DNA from: Amphiscolops sp. MND2022
Taxonomy: Eukaryota
NCBI GenBank assembly: GCA_964187785.1
Contig: OZ076409.1
Location: 82,772,001-82,836,000, forward strand
DNA length: 64,000 bases
Direction: 5' to 3'
The notes beneath the pieces are model-generated. The model was not told the origin of the DNA. It ran no database searches and worked only from the letters and a program-made list of their open reading frames with translations. Shown piece after piece: positions 38,874 through 50,600 of the stretch. The position numbers and the translations under genes were made by a program. Positions within the stretch are counted from its first letter, which is position 1, and each line of letters starts with the position of its first letter.

Positions 38874-39101
38874 TTGAACCTAGTTTCCGACGTAGGAGAT
38901 GAGAACGTCAGGGTAGGGAATTTTCCTGAAAAAAAATTGAGGGTCTTTCAATATACAGAGAAATAGAAACGAACTTGATTGATGTCCAGCAAGTTACATG
39001 AAGGAGGAGATAATAATTTTAAGGAATTTAGGTCAGTGATCAGCTCTAAGAGTCGAGAAAACATTGAAGGTACAGCTGAAACAGCAAAACTACTAAACTC
39101 T
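38874..39101 (+). pseudogene. Old relic of the LTR-encoded gag N-terminus of an element B-related family
   Basis: Translates to LNLVSDVG.. and KEFRSVISSKSRENIEGTAETAKLLN, versus LDIMSDVE.. and EDFRSLLNTNSRENSEVTVETTRLIN in element B. Confidence 0.65.
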
Positions 39102-39889
39102 AGGAAGAATCGTATAGTTCAATAAATTACAGTGCATAGACAAGCTTATTTTCTACACACACAATTTCGTGCCTGTAACCCCTTGGATTCCACAGACACA
39201 TCTTTAAACGTGCAAAATTGGCAATCAAGCTCTGATTTGGCGGAAACCACGCCACGTAATTTTCCGCTTCTGGGATTCCAAGGGCATGGGTTAATACGTT
39301 AGCCGGTTTTTCATTTTGTGAAAGCTGGGACCAAAAATATGCCGCCAAGATGCCGACAAATGCGTGTCTTGTATTCCACAAAAAGCATAATAACCAATCA
39401 GATGGCTGTAAATGTGAGCGTCTCAGTTTCCGCTTTCATTTTAAATAGCCGAAATTAAATTTGATACGCCAGAGAGTAAACATAAAATACCACAAGCAAG
39501 TCTGAACTAATGTATCACTTTCCGTAAAATTGTCGGCTTTTCTTCTTTTCATCTTTAAATAGGGGGACAGATTGCTTTCGACTGGACCAAATTTGAATAG
39601 AAATGGAAAAACTTTCGTTCCAATTGTGGGTCAAATTGTTAAGCTTCAAATCAGCAAGAACAAATTATTTAAAACATTTGAATTTTTGAGGTTTATATGT
39701 CATTTATTAAAGTTGAAAGAAGTGCAAAATTGTTCATAGAAACTTCACTGCAAGTTCATCTGTAACTCTGAATAATAAACAACCCAAATGTATGTTAAAT
39801 CTATTTCTAAGAACATATGGCTTTCAGTGATAAAAATTTTGCAAATTTTGGTTCAGGTTTTTTGCTAAAGTTGCCAAAAACTAAATGTA

Positions 39890-40295
39890 TTTTTATTCGG
39901 GGGAATTTTTCAATGGAGGGGGTAATAACGGAATAGACCCACAAACTGGTACCATTAAAGTTTTTCCTTTTTTGTTTAATCCTTAGTTTCAACTGCAATA
40001 AACTTGAAAACATTATTGAATTACCGTGTAATGGAAATGAAAGATTTTGGTTCCAATCGTGGGTCGAAACATAATTCAATTCAAAAGTAAACAATGTATT
40101 CTTAGCCAGGGGAACTATTTCACAGAAGGGGGTGTAATAATGGAGAAGACTCCCCTATTGGTACTATTACAGCGTTTCATTTTCTGTTTAATCCTTAGTT
40201 TCAACTGGAGTAAATTGCAAATTGTTAAGGAATTACTTGGAGAGGAAGGGAGAGATTTTTACTCCAATCGTGGGTCAAAGCGGAGTTCAATTTAA
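39890..40295. repeat. Degenerate ~215-bp tandem repeat
   Basis: GGGGGTAATAA..TGGTAC..TGTTTAATCCTTAGTTTCAACTG..CCAATCGTGGGTC occurs twice, with further partial units near 39618 and 40790. Confidence 0.55.
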
Positions 40296-41641
40296 TAAAA
40301 ATATAATTATAGATTATTTCTAAAACACCTTGACTATACCCCTTTTGAATTAAACTGAGCAATGTATTAAGATATGTGTTAGGTTTCCACGCCATGTGTT
40401 TGAAGATATGGTCTTGTTTTCCGCATTGCTTTCTTTGAGCAAATCAATTGGTACTGAAAACCCGTGGAAACCAGGACAGTTCATAATGTCGAGCTCAGTT
40501 TGTTACCAACCGAAGGGTGATCTATCTGTAACACGTACTCTGTTGATAACATCAATTTACAATGCATATAGACACTATTCTAAGACTCTTTCAATCATAA
40601 ACTACAATATTTTCAGAAAGGAACTGGAGAGATATACTGTACTACTCTATACAATAATATACACTGTATTATACTATAGTGGAATATATTTATACTATAG
40701 TGAAATACAATACTGAAATACTACAGTTATATCAACTGTAATAAATTAGAAAAAAAATTGAAACAATTAGAGTGGAAATGGAGAGGTTTTGGTTCCAATC
40801 GCGGGAGGAATTGTGAAACTTCCTTCAACAGAAGTTAGTGTATTTTTCCCGAACATTATCTTTTTGAGCTATTTTCATCTCATTTCAAGAAATTCAAAAT
40901 AAAAGCAAAAGTAAGTGTTGCGGATTGTATGTGTACGAAATACTGAATAATTTTCTGGAATCTGACACAAATTTTGCTCCATTTGCTCTCTACATTATCG
41001 GCGCTATTATAGCCTGGCATACGTGGCAATTAATTGGCCCCATTAATTTGCCAAGACACAAAACTGCGGAAAGTAAGATTTCAACTTGAATTCAGTGCAC
41101 ACGTCTCGGTTTCCGAGATTTCGTGTCCTGATATCGCTCCTGAAAACGCTCAGACAAAGCTTGTGTATGCAAAGTATCCAAAAGGTTAAATGAGATCATA
41201 TTGTACTTAAATTCGCACATTCTTCAAGCAATAGACGCTGCTATCACTGAAAATGTAATTTCCCAATTGCAAAATAGTAGGGAGAGATTGAGAAAGTGTT
41301 AAATGTCAAAGTGGAGCTCCTGTCAATGGCACTTCAAAGGAGCCCCGAAGCTTGAAACAAGCTGCAAATCAATGCCAGACCAATTCAAACGGGGTTTTAC
41401 TCAACGTAACGTTGTTAGTTATAGAAGGGAGAGTTCAATAGACTCCCAGAATAGCCAACAAAGCTACGAAAACCACTACCTAAAACATCAACAAGACTAG
41501 AAAACAGCAAATGGTCCTCCCGCGTTCTGCACTTCGCGACTTTTTTTTCGAAAGGTCCTCCTTTTGGTTTTCACATCATTTAACTGTCGTTTAACGAACC
41601 TAAAGAGTCACAACAGGCACTGTGCAACTTGTGTCTGGAAA

Positions 41642-42179
41642 CCCAGTGTAAAAACTCTTGTTACTCTTGCCAAGATCTTGCATATTTTTACATATTCCCC
41701 TTTACTCTTGAAAGTCTTGATAAGATCTTGTTTATTCTTGCTTCACACAAACCTCTTGAAATTCTTGATAGGACTCTTGGTAACAGTCGTATCAAGAGTG
41801 TCAAGAGAATAAATAGTTGTAAAACAAACAGCAATTTTGTTTACAAGTACTTCGCTGTTGTTCGCACTACCAGCTACACAATAATTCTATGAAGTATTGG
41901 ATATAGGACAACACAAAGTATTGAATTTCAGAATGTGATGGCTTGGTTGGTAGCGCGAAAAGCTGCGGCATAATAGGTACACTGCAGTTGGCTTCGGTTT
42001 TTGTTTGTTTTCATTCACTTTTGTCAGTTTTTCTCTTGAATTTATTGGCACGATCTTGCAAGATCTTGCAAATTCGTGGATTTCTTGGTTTCTTGGTAAG
42101 AACCTTGGCAAGACTCTTACTAAGAAATCCAGGAATATCCAAGATTCTTATCAAGAGTTGCAAGTGTTTTTACACTGGG
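41642..42179. mobile_element. MITE with CCC termini (possibly CACTA/EnSpm-type)
   Basis: TIR CCCAGTGTAAAAAC(T/A)CTTG at both ends; internal TCTTG/CAAGA repeats; AAA on both flanks. Confidence 0.8.
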
Positions 42180-43408
42180 AAACTTGCTTCGTTTTTTTAA
42201 CCAAAGTGGTATGTGGTTACTTTTACCAGTCAGAGAAAAACGTTATTCGAGGCTACGGTTTTTGTAGCTCTTTTGATTTTTTAAACCTTCAAAGTAATTT
42301 GCTTGAAGCCACTGTGAGATGAACATTTGAAACTTTTTGGATCCTTAAGCGGGGAACCGATTTGAGATCTTCTCGTCTTGTTTTTAACTGTATCAATTGA
42401 AGTATACTTCATCTGACATAGTTCGTCTATGAAAGTGACATTCGAGGCATGATTGACGATGGATCTCGAATTGAGCAAATACCAGAGAGACAAGCAATTG
42501 TTCTAAAGTGAAAAAGAATTTTTCCTTAGTGTACACAGCTCGTTCTAGTTCTCGTTTTTTATTCTTGTCGATCTTTTTCTTTTCCCTGGATGTGAAAAAG
42601 TTCTTTCTTCGCAAAGATCTTTTACGAATCTCCCAAAATCTTTTTCTTCTAAATATTCCTGAAAGATCCTCGCTTGAAATGTTTTCCTTCCAAGATAACA
42701 GTAGTCAAAATAGCAGAACATGCCAGAATAACAATGTGCCCTACTCCCAAGCTAGTTAAAATTTAACAATGTGTGATAACAATTCTAGCCTAAATTCCAC
42801 TCCAAACCTTTTTGTGAGTTACTCTCAAATTTTAAAACATGTGATGAATGTTTGTTAATTTTATTGTAATACTTGAATTTTTATACATACAAAAATTGAC
42901 ACCCGACAGCGAGGTGATTACATGGTACTGTAAGTCTTTTATAGTATGAACTCAAGTTCACAGTACAAAGTTTGTACATGATTCAGTAGAGTTTAACAGT
43001 TAATCCTGTTACTAGTTAGTAACGAATCTTCAATTAACGAGTCACTTGGCAACCATGTTGCAGACCATCAACTCGTATGCTGCAACCCAAGCATCTCCAC
43101 ACTCTTGGTTCCAGGCATCTCCCACTTTGCTGTGGACATTCTTCACCACATATTTTCCAAGTTTCTAAACAACATGCAAAATGAGAGACTAGAAAAACAC
43201 CGATGGGTGAAGAGATGAGATGAGCGCTATTGTGTGTTTTAGTTAAATCTCAAAAACTCTAAGATGTTCTAAATATGTTTAGTGATAGTTTTTGTGGAAA
43301 ACCTTACCGCGCCAAAACCTATTCGAACAGGAGACTTTTTGGTCATGTCTAGCTTACAGTGATTCAAACATCACTCTTGATAAACTTTTTGGACACATTA
43401 CAGAGAAA

Positions 43409-43470
43409 TAACAAGCCTGGACCGGCCCAAGTCGGCGCCATATCTAAGGCTCAAAAATAGCAAAAGGACT
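43409..43470 (-). repeat. HINE/DINE-like 3' end fragment
   Basis: ACAAGCC..GGCCCAAGTCGGCGCCATATCTAAGGCTCAAAA shared with the 10110 and 43910 copies. Confidence 0.65.
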
Positions 43471-43909
43471 ATACGAAGCTAGACCGAATATAGTAAAAAG
43501 CATATACGTTATATCCGGATCCTGCTTGAATTTTGTGTTTTCGAAACAATTTGGCCATAAATGTATTATCAGAGAATGCTATTAGTGTAGTTCAATTAGC
43601 TCTTAAAACATCCCATAGCTAGAGACTAGTGTGTTTTTCATGACAAAAAAACGAAGTCATGACTATAGTCACGCGGTATAGACTATGACTAATCTTCTCA
43701 AAGTTCAAAAACGTTCTCACAAAACAACAAGAGTGCTTTTCTATGGAGAATTTGAAAGCCCGTTTGGTTTTGTATTTCAACAGCGACGTTTTTAAGCAAA
43801 ATTGAAATAAAAATTCAAACTTTTGAAGCGAAAGCTGCGTTTTAAAATAAATTTAGGCTTTCTAAAAAAGGCGCATAACTCAGTTTCCTAAATCGCTTAT
43901 TGTTAACCT

Positions 43910-44209
43910 AAAACAAGCCGAGAACGGCCAAAGTCGGCGCCATATCTAAGGCTCAAAATTTAAAAGGGAGACCCTTCGGGTTTGTGAAACTCCAGCTGGT
44001 TGCAAAAAATTTTTAAAAAACGAAGGGGGGACCCTTTGGAGACATGAAAAAATTTCCCAAAAAAATTTTTTAATGAGATTTTGAAACACTGTCACAGTGC
44101 CGAAAAATGTAAAAGGGGGACCCTTTGCGATTTTTTGACATCCATTGTGTTGCAAAATATCGAAACAAATGAAGGGGGGACCCTCTGGTGCAATCCAAAA
44201 AACTTCAAA
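43910..44209 (-). mobile_element. HINE/DINE-like element, left part (interrupted by element C)
   Basis: Near-identical to 10110..10410. Confidence 0.85.
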
Positions 44210-44927
44210 TGTAACGTCCACCAGTCAACACCAAATTTTCGATGAAAAATTCGATCAAGAACCAAAAAATGTGCGAATCAAAATGGCCGACCTGGCAGGT
44301 CCTTGAAGCCCATAAAATGAAAGAAGAGAACACGTGAAGAAGAGGAACGACAGGAGATAATGAAGAGAAGAGGCAAAACAACTGATGACATGAAGATCCA
44401 CACGGGACAGAATACGATGAACGCTACCCGGTGCTATGTCATCCCTGAGAAAGCAGAACCATTCTAGAACGGCGTGACTGGATCCCCGAAAATCTACAAA
44501 CAGTAACTGTATTTCCACTCGGGGCTTATCCCCCTTTGTTTTGTTAATTTGTTATAATGCATTTTGTCACTTTCCCCATATCTGACCTTCTAGGTCGGCA
44601 TTTCATGCCCATAACTGTCGAAATGACATTTTTCGGATAAACACCTTTTTGGACCTCGGAAGTATGTAGGGGATGGCAGGAATACACTAAAAACCTTAGG
44701 ATACGTTTTTACAGGCTTGTGGGGCGTGTCCGGACTTTGAGAGTGCCGGCACGTCGCCTCGGAGCTCTAACTAGAGGAGCCTCCTTAGACGTTAGAAAAG
44801 TCCCCCATGGAGACCATTTTGGGATCAAAAACTAGTGTTTAGGAGTGTAGTAAGACAACGGTCTCCTGTTTAAGCACCCTAGGCATCGTCCCTCTTCCTA
44901 GGTGTGCGCCGCTAGCCGGACGTTACA
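44210..44927 (+). repeat. 5' LTR of element C (718 bp)
   Basis: TGTAACG...CGTTACA; differs from the 3' LTR at two visible positions (44382, 44406). Confidence 0.97.
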
Positions 44928-44943
44928 TCTGGAATAGTTTTTA

Positions 44944-44961
44944 TGGCGACCACAGAGGGAT
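44944..44961 (+). promoter_or_regulatory. Probable primer binding site (tRNA-Arg-like), 16 nt downstream of the LTR
   Basis: TGGCGACCACAGAGGGAT resembles the complement of a eukaryotic tRNA-Arg 3' end (TGGCGACCACGAAGGGAT, recalled not searched). Confidence 0.65.
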
Positions 44962-47916
44962 CATTTTCCTTACCGCGTCCTGCGAGGAGCAACTCCTGCT
45001 TTCCGGCCCTGAAAGGTCCGGATCTAGGAGAAGCTTTTGGGAGAGTCCTAGATTGTTTTTATTGCTTTATTCTAGCCCTTTGGGCCTTGTATTAGTGCTT
45101 TTCCTGCGTTTCCTGCATGTTTCCGAGGTCCCTGGCCTGAAAAAGACAGTTTGAAACGGTGTACCCCCTTGTACCTTATCTGTACTCATTAAAAAGGCTA
45201 TTCCGGCTTATCCGGAACATGTTTTAACGGGTTTTCCAGCTTCTTTTCAGCTAATTAGCAATGTACAGGGACTGCGAGGACGGTTTGTGAAAACCCGAAC
45301 TAGCTGAGTGCAGGACTGCAGGTGCTTCACGTCATAGCCTCTTCCTCCCCACCTGGTGCCGATTCACCGAAGATAGCTGGATTATTTCGTTCCCTTTACG
45401 TTTTCTAGCCCAAAACTAGTATTCCCAGGCCTGTTTTTGCATAAATTAACTGTGAAGAATACCCACAGGGTATTAGCATCAGTTATTTTAAGGACTTGAG
45501 CTCGAAAACGCCAAAAATAACACTAATAACAGCTCAAATATCGAATTTTCCCGTTTTGAAAGCCAAAATTTTATAGAATTGTTTACGGCCTGTGGGAATA
45601 CCTGAAAAACGTTCTGTCGGACCTACCAGGTCGAGAACAAAAAATTTTGTTGGGCTGTTTTTCAAGAAAACATGAAAATTTCAGCAATTTTTGTTCAAAA
45701 ATAGGCAAAATTGGCCATTTTGACCAATTTTGACAAAGGCGAAGCCTTGGGCGTTCGCTCCCAAGCCTCTTAAAAGGCCCAAAAATTTTGTTGTTGTGCT
45801 TGGTAGTACGCAATACTACTACCAAGACGGTTTTTGACCACCCCCAATATAAATTGAAGTTTTAACATCACCTTTCTTTCATTAAAATAGACCTGAGTAG
45901 AGGACCCCATAGACCTGAGAGCTATAACATTAAAAGTAATAATTGAAAGAATCCCACTCCCCTAAATAAAGTAGTTACACCTCCCTACTGTACTGTTAAA
46001 ACCATCTCGAACCTCTGGGAACCGAAGAATAAAAAGTTCCTAGGGAAAATACGTGTTTTTCATAGGTGTTCCCAGAGTGTCCAAGGTGTAACCTAAAATC
46101 AATTTTGAGAGACCTTATTTGGAACCTGCCAGGTTTCGCTCGCCTATTTCCTGTTAGTAGAGAGTACTAGATTACTAACGCCGAAAACCGCGAGTGATTC
46201 CAACCAGTGGTTGTTGAGAAATAGCCCAAAACGTGCTATTTTTGCGACATTATCGGAACATTGGAATAGCGTTTCAAAGAAAGGTCGAAATCTCTCCTAG
46301 CAGGAGTAGCCCGAAACGGAATGCACCATCGTGTAGACCGCAAAAAGTTACGTTAGTGGTGTAATTTTCGTAGCGCTACTGTTACTAGTAATCGAGAAAT
46401 CTTAGCCGCAGTTTTGCTCAAAAATGATCCGAAAATGTCGAAAAAATTGAATTTTAGTTGAGCATAGTACAATACCTCGAGGGTACCCCAGCACTAAAAT
46501 TCTTGCATTTTCGTACACACGGCATTAGATCACGACGATTTGTGCAATTTGAGCAGCCGGCTACTAGCCAAAGTCAAGAAATTGACAATTTTGTGATTTT
46601 TGACCCGAAAAAGTGGTACCTCTGGTACATCAAGGTTTTGTCACTTCGTATCGCCAGATATTGATCAAAGCACCTCGCCGCTGAACTTTTCCGTCGTGTA
46701 GGCATAAAGTACGCTCGCATGCAAAATTTCAGGTAGCCAGGACGCCTAGAAGGCGAGTTTGACCACTTTTTGCGAAATTCGCGACATAGCCAATTTTTCA
46801 GTGAACATTGTTAAGTGGCCGTGACACCCACAGAATCAATTTTAGCGCAATCGGAAGCTTACTCTCCACGATTCAGCCGGTGTACTAGGCGGTGTGAAAT
46901 TTTCAGGTCGCTAGCACCACTAGAAGTGATTTCCACCTTCCCCGGAGGTGCTACTTGATGAGAAAAACAAGATTTTGAGTAAAATTTAGCTGAAAACCCA
47001 AGCATTTCCAATCCTGATACACCTCATTCAGGGCTGAAACCACCTGTTTAACGCATCGAGCAAATCCCACACGCCTTACCGAACTTATAAAATCCGTATA
47101 GAGTTAGCCCCAAGACCAACGACCTTCCACTAAACGCTCTACGAGACCAAAAGACGGTAACTCCAAAAATCGAAATTCGTTTCTTTCCCGCCGCTAAGGT
47201 CCCCTAGGTGCAATTTGCTCGCCATAACCACCCCGATCCTACGCCTCGCATACCCTGAGGGTGCGAGAGTGCGCCTGAGAATATCAAAACAATCACAGAC
47301 CAGGTTTGCGGAACGCGTAGAGAAACTAGAACAAGGACAGGGAAGATCATCCATATCGTTGTAACCCCTTCACCCACGAGCCATAAAGCCATAGACCAGG
47401 TCATCACTCGATACTCAACCCACACGTTCCCAATCAAACCCCAGATCATTTCCAGTCCATTGTCCACCCATTGTCCCCGAATCAGCCCACCCATTGTTTC
47501 CAGCCTCCTCACACAAAAAAAAAAATTTTTTTGTTGAAGAAAGTCGAACCTTCTAGTTGAGGAGAAAGCAGAGGAAATTTTAGTTAGCCGAACCAGCGAT
47601 AGTGTGCCTAGTGCACTCCACAGATGTAGGAAGCAATTCACGCCCATTTAGCAAGTCTTTACCCCAATACACGAAAGACGAGTGACAAGGCGCGCCAAAT
47701 AGCCTAGTCAGTCAGTTACTCAGTGCAGTTTAGATAGTAACCTTTTGAGTTATTTAGTCAAAGCAAACCCTCCTCATTCCATCATCTACCATTTGTTTTG
47801 TGGGGGAAGGAAGTAGAGAAAAGCCAAAAAAAAATTTTTTTGTTACTTTTGTTTTTGTCGGCTACATCGTGGAAGCTTCACACGCAGTGGAAGCTAAAAT
47901 ATTACATTTCGTGGCC

Positions 47917-50600
47917 ATGGAACGATGCGAGACCAACACCACCATAAGCGACCTCCATACCACCAACCCTTTCAGAAGAAGAACGGAAACCACAACCGAA
48001 CAAAGCGAATGTAGATTAGATTCAGCCATAGCAGCCGTATTTTCAGAAGCTATGTCTGACTTCGTACCGAGCCAGGAGCAAAACGCGGAGATAGCCGTTG
48101 CCACTAGCCAGCCTAACTCCTCGCGAGCCTCCCCCGATAGCACCAATCTACCGGATAATACTGAGAACACTACGCAAAGAAACACATGGCCTCCGCTGGA
48201 AGTCACTGACTACAGCTTGGAAAATTGGCCAAACTCCAACCAAGAGCCCACCAGTGAGCCCAGCATTGTTGATACTCCCAACGAACAAAATGACACTCCA
48301 ATGACTCCACGGGCGGACCCACGGACGGCGGATGTCGAAAGGAACCCCCCGGGTTCCCAGGAGATGATCAATAGCGTAGGCGGGAATCCCTTCCGAAGCG
48401 GATATGCGCTACCGGAAGCACCGGCGAAAACGTCGAACGGGCCAGTGGAGAACTCGAAGACGAACATAACAGAGAATCCGTTAAGATATGTTTTTCGAAC
48501 GCCACCCTCGGTGACACCAAAGATTAACTATGCGAATGCGAGTCGAACGTCTCATACGCCAGACTCTCAAGCTAGCGCCGACACCAATCTTGACTCAACA
48601 ATAACCAAAGCAAGGAAGGAAATGCAAACGGTTCGAGAAGACTTTCAGAGTAGTCTGGCTCAGCTAGCTCAAGTCCAGACGAGGATGGCGAGGGAAAACA
48701 ACGAACATGAGATGCGCGCCGACATGATAATGAGGGACATGGACGAGCTACGAAAAGGTCTGTTGGCAGGCGGAAGGGCGACAAAATCAAGGTCGACTAG
48801 AGGCGTCCATGGCATCTCTCAATGATCTGATTAAACAGAGAGAAACTACGGCGGACGCCCGCATGGCCGAGATGTCCGCAATAATGAGAGAAAGAGACCG
48901 CCAAGCGGACGAACGCATGAAAGCAATGACAAACACGATGCAGCGCCGCGACATAGACTCCAATGTCCGCATGACGGACTTGATGATGGCAATGCAAGAT
49001 TTGACATTGGGAGTGAAAGCAATTGTGTCGCAAACCCCCGCGCAGCAAGCACAAACGGCGCCACAGATTCCCCAAAAATATCAACAGATCGAAATGCCAT
49101 CTACAAGCGAAGCCCCCCAACCTCATTATAGGACGGTGGCACAGCACACCGTGGAGCCTCCTAGGCCTCCAAAACTAGTGCCACCCGCAACGTACAGGCG
49201 TGACCCGTCTAAAGCTAGCAAGATGGCTAAAGTAACCCACACGGAGTCACGAGACGCAGGTACGGACCCAATGACCGACCCGCAGTCGTTTGACCAGTAC
49301 GCTCGCGGAACATCAACCTCCGGCGACTTTCATTCTGCTGCCGACGAAACGAACACCCGCAGGACCAGCTACTATACGGCCGATTCCAGCGCAGCATTCC
49401 GCCCACCTGCACGAACGCAGACGTTCAGAGACTTCGTTCCGCGGCCAGTGGCCACCAGTACGCAGCGTAAGGTGACAAACAAGCGGAATCTAGAAAAAGG
49501 CAAAGGCGAACATAGCGACATTGAAGAAATGCCCTCAATGGCAGAAGAGACCCCAGACACACCGAGAACTACCCAACGACAAGCACTAGCGGAAGCAATA
49601 TCTACGGCCATGTCTAAAGGCTTGGAGCCGTTGCTTGCCGTCAAGGAATCTAAAAACAAGCCCACGAAATATAGAGGAACCCGAGACGGAAACGCAGATG
49701 GATGGATGATGCTGATGAAACGCCATTTGGAAAAAGCACACCCTAACGCGACCCCCCTCGATAAAGCGTGGACAATAATTGAGTATCTAGAGCATGAAGC
49801 CAGAGATTACATCACGAATAAGTCCGAAGCCGAGAGGGACACTGACGAAAAAGTATTCGCGTTGCTGGCGCGTCGCTTTGGGACAGGCTCCAGCAAAATC
49901 CACATCCAACAGCAATTTAGAACCCGCAACCAGAATAGCGAGGAGGACTACATGCAATACCTTGACGCCCTCGAAGGCCTGCGTAGTCAAGGTTACCCCA
50001 ATGAAGAGGTGACAGTTCGTCGATACGAAATCATGCAAAGATTCATTGAGGGAGTACGCAACTTCGAACTAAAAAGGAACCTCGCGCTAATGTATGCACC
50101 GGAACAATACGTGGAGACCCCGCCAACAGTGGAAGCCCTCCGCTTCACAGTACAACAATACTTACGCATGCGTGGCTCCACTCGCTCGGACAACTACCCA
50201 ATCATGCCCCCTCCACAACACCAAGCCAACATCCAACAACCTAATCAGTCTCCGGTAGCACCCGCGCCTGCCCAAAAAATGCAACAACAACAGCCTCCCC
50301 AACCAGCAGCATACCAACAACAACCTATGCCACCGGCAGCCTATCGACAGCAACCCTAAAGGGCGTGCTTCAACTGCGGAGACCCATCGCACTTCGTGGT
50401 GGACTGCCCCCTGAAAGACCGTGCACGGAAGCCGGTACAACAACAAGTGAACTCCTGTCACACGAACCCGACAGGTAGTTGGGTGTGCCCCTCCCAACCA
50501 CATGGCTTGAACTATGATGTTTTCCCAGCATCCCTGCCAACCCAAGGCACAGTTGCCTTCTGCATTCATTGCGGCCGTACTGAGCACTCGGCGTCAGAAT
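47917..50600 (+). pseudogene. gag: gag of element C (frameshift ~48765, in-frame TAA 50357..50359)
   Basis: Coiled-coil N-terminal region; capsid-like KPTKYRG..W..ARRFG..RFIEG; knuckles CFNCGDPSHFVVDC and CIHCGRTEHSASEC in frame after the stop. Confidence 0.88.

Noticed and set aside
40630..40740. Tyr-rich end of the ORF 40396..40716
   Set aside because: Produced by a degenerate TATAC/TACTG microsatellite
43656..43690. Hairpin AGTCATGACTATAGTC...TATAGACTATGACT as a distinct element end
   Set aside because: Single occurrence; boundaries and family cannot be supported from this window
44382..44420. Hammerhead ribozyme core (CTGATGA) in the LTR
   Set aside because: No matching GAAA and stems, and the 3' LTR has GTGATGA
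44255..44518. 87-aa antisense ORF in both LTRs of element C
   Set aside because: Non-ATG start, low-complexity mirror of a purine-rich tract; duplicated only because the LTRs are
50357..50359. Programmed stop-codon readthrough between gag and pol of element C
   Set aside because: The TAA falls before the zinc knuckles in a Gln-rich stretch; a CAA>TAA mutation is simpler
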